Below are positions 30,480 to 39,871 of a DNA stretch of 64,000 bases, one piece after another. The stretch lies in contig CAWJJC010000005.1 in the NCBI GenBank assembly GCA_963843145.1, positions 96,001 through 160,000 on the forward strand, given 5' to 3'. The stretch's first letter is position 1. Every line of letters begins with the position of its first letter. The notes under the pieces were generated by a model. That model had not been told where the DNA came from, ran no database searches, and saw only the letters and a list, made by a program, of their open reading frames with translations. The translations under genes and the position numbers were made by a program. This DNA is from an uncultured delta proteobacterium (GTDB lineage: Bacteria; Desulfobacterota; RBG-13-43-22).

Positions 30480-31640
30480 TTGAACTTCAAGATACTTATT
30501 TTATTGAGTTTAGGTCACCTGGTCACCGATATCAGCCAGGGGGCTCTGCCGGCCCTGCTTCCCTTTCTCAAGGAGTCCCTGGGCCTCTCCTATACGGCCG
30601 CCGGCCTCGTCCTGTTGGTTTCCAACCTGACTTCATCGATTATTCAGCCTCTTTTCGGCCTGGTTTCCGACCGCCGGCCCAAACCGTTCCTCATCCCTTT
30701 GGGAATCCTGATGGCCGCCGTGGGGATCAGCCTTACCGGCCTATCCTCCAATTATCTCACGCTTCTGGCGCTGGTGGTTTTCTGCGGACTGGGCGTGGCG
30801 GCCTTTCATCCGGAAGGATTCAAGACCGCGCACTTCTTTATCGGGGCCAAAAAGGCCACGGGCATGTCCCTCTTTGCCGTGGGGGGGAACCTCGGTTTCG
30901 CCCTCGGCCCTTTCACCCTGCTCTTCCTGGTTACCCATTTTTCCCTGAAAGGGACCTTGTTTTACCTTCTCCCCGGACTACTCATGGTGGCCGCCACGAT
31001 TTTTTTTCTTTCCACTTTCCGATATACCGAACCCCACGAGAAAAGCCGGGCCAAACCGTCTGCCCAAAACGGCGGTTCTTCCTACGGGATACTGACTCTC
31101 CTTATCCTGGTGGTCACCATGCGATCCTGGATCCAGATGGGCCTGGTCAGTTACATTCCCTTTTATTACATCAACTACCTGAAAGGCGCCCCGCTGCTGG
31201 CCGGCAAGATGGTGACCACCTTCCTGATTTCCGGGACCCTGGGGACCCTGCTGGGAGCCCCCCTGGCGGACCGCTGGGGGCACCAGCGGTTTTTAACAGC
31301 CACCTGGGTGGTCATGATCCCGTTGATGGTCTTGTTTTTCCAGGTGCAGGGCTGGGGGACTTTTCTGGTACTGGGCTTGGCTGGATTTGTGCTGGTTTCC
31401 AGTTTCTCGGTCACCGTGGTCATGGCCCAGGACCTCCTGCCGGGCCGGTTGGGGATGGCCTCCGGCCTGATGGTGGGATTTGCCATCGGAACCGGCGGGC
31501 TGGGGGTTACGCTCCTGGGCCTGGTGGCTGATTCCTGGGGCGTACCGGCCGCCCTGCACCTGCTGGGCTACATGCCGCTGGTCGGGTTGATCTTCTGCCT
31601 TTTTCTTCCGCCCGCCGCCTTTCACCGACCCACCCGATAA
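30480..31640 (+). CDS. fsr: MFS transporter, fosmidomycin-resistance (Fsr) family
   Basis: GHLVTD, SSIIQPLFG, AAFHPE, GGNLGFALGP, GMASGL. Confidence 0.82.
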   Translation: MNFKILILLSLGHLVTDISQGALPALLPFLKESLGLSYTAAGLVLLVSNLTSSIIQPLFGLVSDRRPKPFLIPLGILMAAVGISLTGLSSNYLTLLALVVFCGLGVAAFHPEGFKTAHFFIGAKKATGMSLFAVGGNLGFALGPFTLLFLVTHFSLKGTLFYLLPGLLMVAATIFFLSTFRYTEPHEKSRAKPSAQNGGSSYGILTLLILVVTMRSWIQMGLVSYIPFYYINYLKGAPLLAGKMVTTFLISGTLGTLLGAPLADRWGHQRFLTATWVVMIPLMVLFFQVQGWGTFLVLGLAGFVLVSSFSVTVVMAQDLLPGRLGMASGLMVGFAIGTGGLGVTLLGLVADSWGVPAALHLLGYMPLVGLIFCLFLPPAAFHRPTR

Positions 31641-31659
31641 GAGGAGTTTTCAACCGGCG

Positions 31660-32628
31660 TTACTGCTCAAAAAAGAGACTATTCTTGACCGGATTCTTGC
31701 CGTCAAATAAAATGGGCAGTCCAGCCCACCCCCAAAATGTTCCCGTCGATACCCTCATGGCTTGTATATGAAGGTGCGGTTGCGTTGTCCAGCCGGAATT
31801 GCCGGTTTTGGCAATGGGCTGCCCCTTCCTGACCGTGTCCCCCGTTTTTACCAATAGGCTTCCCGGCTGGAGATGGCCCATCAGGACCCCAAACGTATTC
31901 GAGGTAATCAAAATATGGTTGCCCACATTGTAAGGGGGTATACCAATCCAAGGCGTTTCATTGGGCCATCGGTCTTCGACAACGGAGACCTCCCCATCAC
32001 AGGGGCTATAGACGACCTGGTTGAAAATGGCGTATTTATCATTTTGTGAGGGGAAAAAGCCATCCGCGTCATTGCCCCAGCGCTTGAGCTTGGTCAGGTC
32101 CACCGCGTATCTCATGGAAAGGTTCGTCCGGGCACCTTTATGCCTCGATGCACCGTAATGGTAGTTCATGAGAGAACTTGCCCTGCCGTTGCCGCCTTCA
32201 AAGACCGCGTATACTCCATTCTTAAAGGGGAACGCCAGATTGACGGGTGCCTCGTCATAGAAATAAGCCCGAATCGCACCCACAGACAAATAGATCAACC
32301 CGACCGAGATGATCACCCCCGCTCCGTATCCGACCCAGCCAAGGATAGGGGGAGTGACGAAGAAGGGCAGATTTCTCAGGTGCAGAAGAACCCGTATGGC
32401 TGCCGCAATGGTGAGGACGAGGACCGCATAGCGTACATAGAAGCTGGCAAAGACCCATGCCCCCAGCAAAAAGATAAATGTGGTGTAAGAAATGAGGACC
32501 AGCAACTGAATACCCAAGGCCGTGATACTGGTGTAACTTCTGGCCCAGGTCCACAAGATCAAGGTGAACGGGATTACGAAATGAAGTGCACCGATTAAGG
32601 TCAGCATAGTGAAATAGCCGAAGCGCAT
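31660..32628 (-). CDS. Membrane-anchored M23 family metallopeptidase
   Basis: N-terminal TM helices; YAVD, GNHILI, GHLQ, GNSG..TQPHLHIQ. Confidence 0.8.
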   Translation of the reverse strand: MRFGYFTMLTLIGALHFVIPFTLILWTWARSYTSITALGIQLLVLISYTTFIFLLGAWVFASFYVRYAVLVLTIAAAIRVLLHLRNLPFFVTPPILGWVGYGAGVIISVGLIYLSVGAIRAYFYDEAPVNLAFPFKNGVYAVFEGGNGRASSLMNYHYGASRHKGARTNLSMRYAVDLTKLKRWGNDADGFFPSQNDKYAIFNQVVYSPCDGEVSVVEDRWPNETPWIGIPPYNVGNHILITSNTFGVLMGHLQPGSLLVKTGDTVRKGQPIAKTGNSGWTTQPHLHIQAMRVSTGTFWGWAGLPILFDGKNPVKNSLFFEQ

Positions 32629-32665
32629 GTATTTCTCCTGCCTGGAAGTTTCAAATAAGGAATAA

Positions 32666-33892
32666 TCAAATCACAGAGAATAATTCGTCGGCGGTGGTCA
32701 GCTTTTCCGCACCGGCCGGGGTGACCACTACGGTATTCTCCAACCCCACGGCACCCTCTTTCAGGACGATCTTCAATTCCAGGGCCGCGGTCATGCCCTC
32801 CTCCAGCGGGTAGCGATGGCCGGAGGCCAGGAAGGGGAATTCATCGATTTCCAAGCCGACTCCATGCCCGACATAACTGACCTGCTGGCCGGCAGGTCCC
32901 AGGAAACTGTCCTGGTAACCTAACCGCTCGGCCTGCCGGCAAGCGAGTTGATACAGGTCTTCCGCGGCGACGCCCGGACGAATGGCCTTCAAAAGAATGG
33001 CTTCAATCTCCCGCAAGACATCATAGGCCCTCAATACCTCCGGGTCCGGCCTCCCTAGAGAAAACATACGGGTCTGGTCCGCCTGGTAGCCGTTCCAGCA
33101 GGTCCCGAAATCGACCAGGACCGATTCCCCCGGTTCAATGGTCTTTAGGCTGGCCCCGATCGGAAAGGCCGGCCCCAGGCCCAGCCCGGCAAAAGGGGCG
33201 TCATTCCCGCTGAGATAGGCCCCGTTGGAACCGCTGATCAGGTGCCAGTTAAAAGCGGTGTTGTTAAATCCCCGGGCTCGCAGGAGGTTCAGGTTTCCCA
33301 GGGCCAGGGCGCATTCGTTCAACTTCCCGGCCAGGGCAATTTCACTGATACCGGGTTTTAATAATTCCGGTATCTTTTGATAGACCCGCCGGCCGATATC
33401 TCCCGCCTTTTTCATCAGCGCCCGTTCAAAATCCGATTTCACCGCCCGCAGCCGCCGCACAGCCGGACCGATATCGATGGCCTCTTTCCAGCCCAAGAGA
33501 TTTTCAAGAAACCGGAATGTGGCCACCGGCAGGACATCCAGTTCCAATCCCAACCGCTCCGGAGATCGAAAACCATAATCCCGCAGGGCTTCGGCCAGGC
33601 GGCCCGTTGAAGCCAGGGGTTCAATCCGCGTCAGGGGGGATTCCGCCCGGGCCCGAGGAAGATATTTCTTGACCAGGAAGAGCGGCTCCCCCAGGGCGGG
33701 AATAAACAGAAATCCATTGGACATGGTCCCGCTGAAATAATAAAGATCCACCTGCTGGTAAATCAAGGCCCCTTCAAGGTTCAGTTCCCCTAATTTTTCT
33801 TGAAACGCGGAGATCCGCCGGGCAATTTCGGTCCGAGGAGTTAACAGGGATTGATAGAAATCCGGAAAATTCATAGATCGTTCCTCTTTCAA
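32666..33892 (-). CDS. M24 Xaa-Pro aminopeptidase-family protein
   Basis: RAVKS, VDFG, YQADQTR, GHGVGLEIDE, ELK, GLENT. Confidence 0.88.
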   Translation of the reverse strand: MKEERSMNFPDFYQSLLTPRTEIARRISAFQEKLGELNLEGALIYQQVDLYYFSGTMSNGFLFIPALGEPLFLVKKYLPRARAESPLTRIEPLASTGRLAEALRDYGFRSPERLGLELDVLPVATFRFLENLLGWKEAIDIGPAVRRLRAVKSDFERALMKKAGDIGRRVYQKIPELLKPGISEIALAGKLNECALALGNLNLLRARGFNNTAFNWHLISGSNGAYLSGNDAPFAGLGLGPAFPIGASLKTIEPGESVLVDFGTCWNGYQADQTRMFSLGRPDPEVLRAYDVLREIEAILLKAIRPGVAAEDLYQLACRQAERLGYQDSFLGPAGQQVSYVGHGVGLEIDEFPFLASGHRYPLEEGMTAALELKIVLKEGAVGLENTVVVTPAGAEKLTTADELFSVI

Positions 33893-33981
33893 TAGGCCAT
33901 CAAATTTATTTTCTTGACATCATGATATCTGAAATATTATTGATTGTAAATCATGGAATATCAAATAGATATATATTTTGG

Positions 33982-34157
33982 CCCCCCATACCCGGGGTGG
34001 GCACCCCGAAGCATGTAAATATCTGGTATACCGGTCATTGCGAGGAGCGAAGAGACAAAGCAATCCCCCAGTTGGCTTACAACGTTCCCCAAGTTCAATC
34101 GGGGATTGCTTCGCTTCGCTCGCAATGACCGGGGATGCGGGGTCATTTTCGTACTAA
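33982..34157 (+). repeat. Fixed-end modular element, copy A (cargo: GTCATTGCGAG...CTCGCAATGAC REP-like palindrome)
   Basis: Left end CCCCCCATACCCGGGGTGGGCACCCCGAAGCATGTAAAT; right end ATTTTCGTACTAA. Confidence 0.75.
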
Positions 34158-34184
34158 ACGGCCATAACCTGATTGGAGAAAGAA

Positions 34185-34631
34185 ATGAAAATCAACAAGA
34201 TGGATCATATCTGCGTCGCCGTCAAAGACCTGAACGCGGCCAAGAAGGACTGGGAACTCCTTTTGGGGAAATCCGGCCCGGACGACGCCTATGTGGATGA
34301 ACGGGAAAAGATCCGGGTGGCCCGTTACTGGGTCGGAGAGATCGGCTTTGAACTCATGGAATCCACCACCCCCGACGGCGAGGTGGCCAAGTTCATCGAA
34401 AAACGGGGCGAAGGGGTCATGCTCATCAGCTTCAACGTGAACAATACCCGCCAGGCGGTAGAAGACCTCAAAGGAAAAGGCTTCCCTTTTATCCCGGATT
34501 CCAGAGGAGAAATCGCCCGTCCCTTTCGGGACTGCGAGTTCGCCTTTATCCAGCCCAAGAAACTCAACGGGGTGCTGACCGAGATCATCGACTACAGGCG
34601 GGACGAACTAGAACCAAAAGATAAGCCTTAA
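34185..34631 (+). CDS. VOC-family protein (methylmalonyl-CoA epimerase-like)
   Basis: DHICVAVKDL, ELMES, KFIEKRGEG, AFIQPKKLNGVLTE. Confidence 0.82.
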   Translation: MKINKMDHICVAVKDLNAAKKDWELLLGKSGPDDAYVDEREKIRVARYWVGEIGFELMESTTPDGEVAKFIEKRGEGVMLISFNVNNTRQAVEDLKGKGFPFIPDSRGEIARPFRDCEFAFIQPKKLNGVLTEIIDYRRDELEPKDKP

Positions 34632-34784
34632 AATTTATAACTGAAATAATTCTTGGCAAGGTTGGCCTGGCCTGATAAGTACCATAATTCACAGATACCC
34701 TGAACTTGTAGTTTTTTATTGACTTTTTACATTTTTTTTAATATACAACTTTAACTTTATCAAAAAAACAATTTTGGAGGCCCA

Positions 34785-35408
34785 ATGACCAAGAAAATCC
34801 TAAGCCTGCTATTACTTCCCCTGTTGCTCCTCATGTTACCGGCGACCGGTTGCCAATATTGGGACAATTGGACTAACTCCGGCGGAAGCTCCAGTTCCAA
34901 TTCCGGGACCAGTTCCACGAGCCAGGCGGAACAACCGCACGGGCAGGATACGGTAAATTTAATGGAAAGAACGCCCTTCAATGGCAAGGATCTCGATCCC
35001 GCCTTCTGGAGTAAAATGGAGGCCTACTGCAAGGCCGGGCCGACCAAACTGATCCTGGCCGACCTGAATGCAGTCCCGAATCAAATGACCCGGGCCGGAT
35101 TTCCCGGATTCTGGAAGGCGCAACTCTATGCCCTGGCCACCACCTACGCGGGCATGAACTGGTCCCCTTCTGTCATTGATCTCCGGGATTTGTATCAACA
35201 GCGTGGTGATATAAACGCCTGGTGGTCCCGGTATATGGGCGCCGTCTTGCAACTTATGCAGAAGGCCCCGCAGACCACGGCGCTCATCATTGTCAACGAC
35301 GGCCCGGACCGGGTGGGCTTCCGTCTCGGCCCCGCCATGCAGAGGCAAATGGGATCCGTTGCCGGCCGCGTTCAGCTCGGGTCCACCGTCCCCGAGTCTC
35401 AGTATTAA
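34785..35408 (+). CDS. Hypothetical lipoprotein
   Basis: MTKK, hydrophobic stretch, ATGC lipobox, then a Ser-rich linker; GGAGG RBS. Confidence 0.7.
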   Translation: MTKKILSLLLLPLLLLMLPATGCQYWDNWTNSGGSSSSNSGTSSTSQAEQPHGQDTVNLMERTPFNGKDLDPAFWSKMEAYCKAGPTKLILADLNAVPNQMTRAGFPGFWKAQLYALATTYAGMNWSPSVIDLRDLYQQRGDINAWWSRYMGAVLQLMQKAPQTTALIIVNDGPDRVGFRLGPAMQRQMGSVAGRVQLGSTVPESQY

Positions 35409-35409
35409 A

Positions 35410-35573
35410 CCCTCATACCCGGGGTGGGCATCCCGAAGCATGAAAATAATAGGGCCGATACAACTAATTAACCCCTTGATATTAATAAATCAATAATCAA
35501 TTGATTCAATTAATCAATTATGATTATTGATTATTGGCCCTTTTGCAGGTCATGGAGTCTATTTTCGTATTAA
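35410..35573 (+). repeat. Fixed-end modular element, copy B (cargo: AT-rich ATTAATCAATT tract)
   Basis: CCCTCATACCCGGGGTGGGCATCCCGAAGCATGAAAAT ... ATTTTCGTATTAA. Confidence 0.75.
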
Positions 35574-35658
35574 CGCAACAACCTCCCCCCAACCCAAATC
35601 GTCTCCGTATCCTATAATCGCCCGGCGCTGAGCGCTTCGCACCGGGCGCCCGGCGCCT

Positions 35659-36528
35659 TCAAAGCGCCCGCATCCATTCCGGCCGTAATCCCACCTCCCC
35701 CTTGACGGCTTTGGCGATCAACCTTAAGGCCGGTTCTTTGCCTTCAGGATAACGGACTTTTATGGGCAGGTAATTGGAGGCGTGGTTGGAATAAAACAGC
35801 CCCCTAGAAAGCTGGGTGGCCGAAACCATCTCTCCCAGCTCCAGCAGGAATTCCTGCACCTCTAAAGGCTGAAATCCGCCTTCCGCGTATTCCCGACCCA
35901 GTTCGGTATTCGGTAAAACCATGACTGTCAGGGCGCCCACAAAGTCGGGGTCCATTTCGGTCAGCAACCGGCCCGTTTCCCGGGCATGTTCCCGGGACAA
36001 GGCCTTTCCGCCGATGCCCAGCAGCACCGTGACCGAGAGCCGGATCCCGGCCGCCTTGATCCTTTTCCCCTGTTGGATCAGGTTTTCAGCCGAAGTCCCT
36101 TTGCAGATCTTTTTCAACAGTTCCGGATGTCCGGTCTCCACCCCCAGATAAACTATCCCCAACCCCAGTTCCTTCAGTTGCCGCAACTCCTCGTCCGTCT
36201 TCATTTTGATGCTCTTGGCATTGGCATAAAGGCCAATCCGCCGAACCCAGGGGAGGTGCTCCCGGATCTGTTCCAGGATCCAAACCAATCGCTTCTGGGG
36301 GATGATCAGGGCGTCCCCGTCCATCAGAAAAACCCGGTCCTGCCGCCGGCAATACCGGGAGGCGAAGAGGATATCCTTCAGGATCCGTTCATCCTTTTTG
36401 ATCCGGAACCGCTTATCCTTGTAAGTCCCGCAAAAGGAACATTTATTATGCGAACAGCCGACCGTCACCTGCAACAGGATGCTGTCGGCTTCGCTGGGGG
36501 GACGAATCACCATCCCCTCGTATTCCAT
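35659..36528 (-). CDS. Radical SAM protein
   Basis: RPPSEADS, CSHNKCSFC (Cx4Cx2C variant), YLGVETG, SNHASNY. Confidence 0.88.
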   Translation of the reverse strand: MEYEGMVIRPPSEADSILLQVTVGCSHNKCSFCGTYKDKRFRIKKDERILKDILFASRYCRRQDRVFLMDGDALIIPQKRLVWILEQIREHLPWVRRIGLYANAKSIKMKTDEELRQLKELGLGIVYLGVETGHPELLKKICKGTSAENLIQQGKRIKAAGIRLSVTVLLGIGGKALSREHARETGRLLTEMDPDFVGALTVMVLPNTELGREYAEGGFQPLEVQEFLLELGEMVSATQLSRGLFYSNHASNYLPIKVRYPEGKEPALRLIAKAVKGEVGLRPEWMRAL

Positions 36529-36828
36529 CTCGTCTTCCTCGATCGAATCGTTCATGACGGTACTCCTAACCGCGTACGATATATCCGCTGATTCATAATT
36601 TACTATGATTCTGATAAAAGGTAAACCCTTAACAATTTTTGTCAAAACTTGACATTTATTGGCAAAGATTTTCCAGCAGTAGTCCTCGAAATCCCGACTG
36701 GCGTTTTAATCTATCGTTTTAATTATGTTTATTATTTATAAGCTTTGGCCTTCATTTTGCTTCTCATTAAGTCGATACATATAATTAAACTATACAGGAT
36801 CAGAAACCAATTGACGAAAATACTGAAA

Positions 36829-37311
36829 ATGAGAACACCTTGCATCAGACCGCCCAGAACCCTAATCCTTCGAAGAAGGAAGGCCTTTACCCTGATCGAA
36901 ACGTTAATAGTGGTGGCCATCATCGGCATAGTAAGCGCTATCGCCATCCCCCAAATGGGAATACTCATGAATAGGTATCGTCTGGATGGGGCTACCCGAT
37001 TGATCTGGGCCGATCTACAAAATGCCAGAATGACGGCCATTAAAGAAAACAGATCCATAAGGGCCCAATTTGACTTTCTGGCCCACACCTATAGTGTTAC
37101 CCGGGTAGATACAGGGGAAACTATCCTGACCAGAAATCTTAACGGAGAGTACCCTGCTGTTTCGGCCCAAGAAACCAATGGGGGGACCATTACCTTTACC
37201 TCCACAGGGGTGACTTTGAACAATCTCAATACCTCGGTCATCACCACTGGACCATCGGGAACTAAAACCATTGACATAAAAGAGACAGGAAGGATTTCGA
37301 TCATTTCATGA
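36829..37311 (+). CDS. fimT: Type IV minor pilin FimT/FimU (GspH-like)
   Basis: KAFTLIETLIVVAIIGI, DLQNARMTAIKEN, ITFTSTG. Confidence 0.82.
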   Translation: MRTPCIRPPRTLILRRRKAFTLIETLIVVAIIGIVSAIAIPQMGILMNRYRLDGATRLIWADLQNARMTAIKENRSIRAQFDFLAHTYSVTRVDTGETILTRNLNGEYPAVSAQETNGGTITFTSTGVTLNNLNTSVITTGPSGTKTIDIKETGRISIIS

Positions 37312-37757
37312 TGGATCAATCTAAAAACCCCAAAGGATTTACACTGATAGAGTTCATGGTGGCCCTGCTTATCCTGGTAGTCGGGGTCCTTAGTTTGGGA
37401 GGCCTGCAAGTTACGGCTATAAAAGGAAACCTGGCCTCAAAAAACTTAACCACGGCGAATATCCTGGCCGAGAGAAAAGTGGAAGAGTTTAAGACCACCG
37501 CTACCTCTCACGACGGTTTTGTCAAGCCCGTCCTGGCCCTGATGAACAACCATGCGGATCCCAATAATCCCTTAAACTCAGACGGACTGGGGGGGAATGG
37601 GAATACCGGGAGGATCTTCAACCGCGCCTGGACCATAGAAACCTATGCCGGATCTGCAAATATGAAAAGAATAATCGTAACCGTTACCTGGCCGGAAGGG
37701 GGACGAACACGTTCCACCTCTATGGACACGGTAATTGCCGACCCGAACCCGGTATAA
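37308..37757 (+). CDS. pilV: Type IV minor pilin PilV
   Basis: KGFTLIEFMVAL, ANILAERKVEE, FNRAWTI, VTVTW. Confidence 0.82.
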   Translation: MMDQSKNPKGFTLIEFMVALLILVVGVLSLGGLQVTAIKGNLASKNLTTANILAERKVEEFKTTATSHDGFVKPVLALMNNHADPNNPLNSDGLGGNGNTGRIFNRAWTIETYAGSANMKRIIVTVTWPEGGRTRSTSMDTVIADPNPV

Positions 37758-37767
37758 TGGCCACGCC

Positions 37768-38322
37768 ATGAAAACGTCCAGAGGATTTACAATAACTGAA
37801 CTGCTGCTCACCCTGGGACTTACCGTTTTGTTCCTGGCCACGGTCGGCGGCGTCTTCATCAACTCCAATAAGAGCCGAGCCTCCCAAAACTTATCCATAG
37901 ATATGCAGCAAAATGCCAGATCCGTGGTTGAACTTGCCCTGCGGGAGATCAGAAGTCTGAAAACCATTTCCTGTATGGAGAATACCAGCAATCCCTGTTC
38001 CGGAAGCGATAAAATCTCTTTTACCTCGGTCACAGACACGGACACGCGTATATTCTCCTGGACTTCAGACCCCAATAGTCCAAATTCCCTTGTCTTACAA
38101 TTCAGCAAGGCCGTGGCGGGAACCCCTGCCAGGCAGGAATTGGCCAAAAACATTAGCCTTTTTTCACTCACACCTTTCGATGGGAATAACAACCCCACGA
38201 GCAATCTCGCCTCAATCAAAAGGATAGATGTAAAAATCACGGCCCGATCGGCCACTGTGGATCCCATGAGTCAGGTCTATAAATACTACCCCACCACCGA
38301 AACAGTAAGCATTAGGAATTAA
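37768..38322 (+). CDS. pilW: Type IV minor pilin PilW
   Basis: RGFTITELL, MQQNAR...REIR, C-terminal VSIRN. Confidence 0.8.
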   Translation: MKTSRGFTITELLLTLGLTVLFLATVGGVFINSNKSRASQNLSIDMQQNARSVVELALREIRSLKTISCMENTSNPCSGSDKISFTSVTDTDTRIFSWTSDPNSPNSLVLQFSKAVAGTPARQELAKNISLFSLTPFDGNNNPTSNLASIKRIDVKITARSATVDPMSQVYKYYPTTETVSIRN

Positions 38323-38334
38323 AGGAGGTTCCAG

Positions 38335-39522
38335 ATGAACACGCCCATGAATAACCAAAAGGGAATAGCCCTCATCACTGCACTCCTCATATTATTATCC
38401 CTTACCGTTATTGGGATTGTAGCGGTTAATTCTTCTAATATTGAAACGCTGATCACCACCAATACCAAGGTTTCGAAGCAGGCCTTTTTTCTGGCTGAAG
38501 CCGGGGTCCAGGAAGGCAAAGAAACGTTAAGAAAACGAATTCTGGATGATCACAGTACTCTGGACGCTCAAATCAATCTGGTCAAGGGCCCGGACGGCAT
38601 TCTGGAAACGGCCGATGATCTCCCTTTTCTCAGTAAGACTCTCGGGGTCGGGAGTTATATTGTCAAATTAACGGAACGCAGCGGAAAGAATATAACCCTT
38701 ACTTCCACAGGTTCCGGTCCCCTCAATTCCAGGGCCGTTGTCAAACTGACGGTTAATGTGGACATCACTCCCGGCACACAGGATCAAACCACCACCACCA
38801 CCGTAATCCATCCCGCTTTTGGGGTAGGGATCCTTACCAATGGGGACCTGAGGGTCAATGGGTCTTCCAATATCAACGGGGGCACCCATACCAACGGTGA
38901 TACCCGGTTTAACGGCAGCGGCACGGTTACCGGTACCGTCAGCGCCCATGGCTACGATCACCACCAACGGCACCTGGAATACCGGAGCGAAGACCCCTAA
39001 TGGCGCTACGGTCGATGTCCCCTCGGTTACGGATACCTGGTTGGCCAATTAAAGACTGCTGCCCAGACCGCGGGTACTTACCACAGCGGCAATTTCAATT
39101 TCAACGGCTCCGGCGACCTGGGGGGTCAGATCATTTTTGCGGAGGGGAATTTGACCCTTAACGGTTCCGTCATCAACGGGACTATCGTGGCCACCGGTAA
39201 CGTGACCATTAACGGCTCCTCCCAGATCAACGGCAACGGGGTCATCGGCACGGCCATTGTGGCCCAGGGAAACATCACCATGAATGGCTCCAGCGACAGC
39301 TATGGGGCCTTCTGGAGCAACGGCAGCTTTGTCCAAAATGGGTCCAGCCGGGTCGTCGGCTCCATTGTCAGCATAGGAGATATTACTCGAAACGGCAGTT
39401 TTAATTTCACCGCCAACAACAACATCCAAAACGACAACCTGCCGACGGTCACCACCACAGTCACGATCCCCGGCAACCCCGGCAGCAACACGTTTGCAGT
39501 CGTGGGCTGGAAGCAGGGATAA
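38335..39522 (+). CDS. pilX: PilX-like minor pilin with C-terminal NGS-repeat beta-solenoid; two frameshifts (about 38950 and 39050)
   Basis: KGIALITALL, QAFFLAEAG, ITLTSTG; NGS repeats continue across three frames; ends VVGWKQG. Confidence 0.75.
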
Positions 39523-39614
39523 ATTCAATCAGGACCCATTCGCCTGAACTCGAGGGACTCCCGGAGTTTTATTGTTCCGGGAAAAGGAAAAACCCCCGCC
39601 ACTTATTTCATATT

Positions 39615-39641
39615 TAATTCCCCGGATTGTTTTGCCGATAA
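39615..39641 (+). promoter_or_regulatory. Putative sigma-28 (FliA-type) promoter
   Basis: TAAT-N15-GCCGATAA (consensus TAAA-N15-GCCGATAA) upstream of the 39872 gene. Confidence 0.45.
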
Positions 39642-39651
39642 CTTAATTAAG

Positions 39652-39852
39652 CCCCCATGCCCGGGGCGGGCATTTGCGAAGCATGAAAATAGACTTTAAA
39701 CGAGTCGAGTCATCTCGTCATTCCGGACAAGCGAAGCGCGATCCGGAATCCAGGCCGCGGCTAAGCTTCATAGGATCTGGATGCCGGATCGAGTCCGGCA
39801 TGACGGCAAAAACAAATGCCCAAGGTGACGCCTGACTTTATTTTCATACTAA
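39652..39852 (+). repeat. Fixed-end modular element, copy C (cargo: GTCATTCCGG...CCGGAATCCAG/CTGGATGCCGG...CCGGCATGAC doublet)
   Basis: CCCCCATGCCCGGGGCGGGCATTTGCGAAGCATGAAAAT ... ATTTTCATACTAA. Confidence 0.75.
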
Positions 39853-39871
39853 GTACCTATAGAGGGGACCT

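Noticed and set aside
36660-36675. Sigma-54 promoter upstream of the pilin cluster
   Set aside because: TGGCAA is present but the -12 position reads CC rather than GC.
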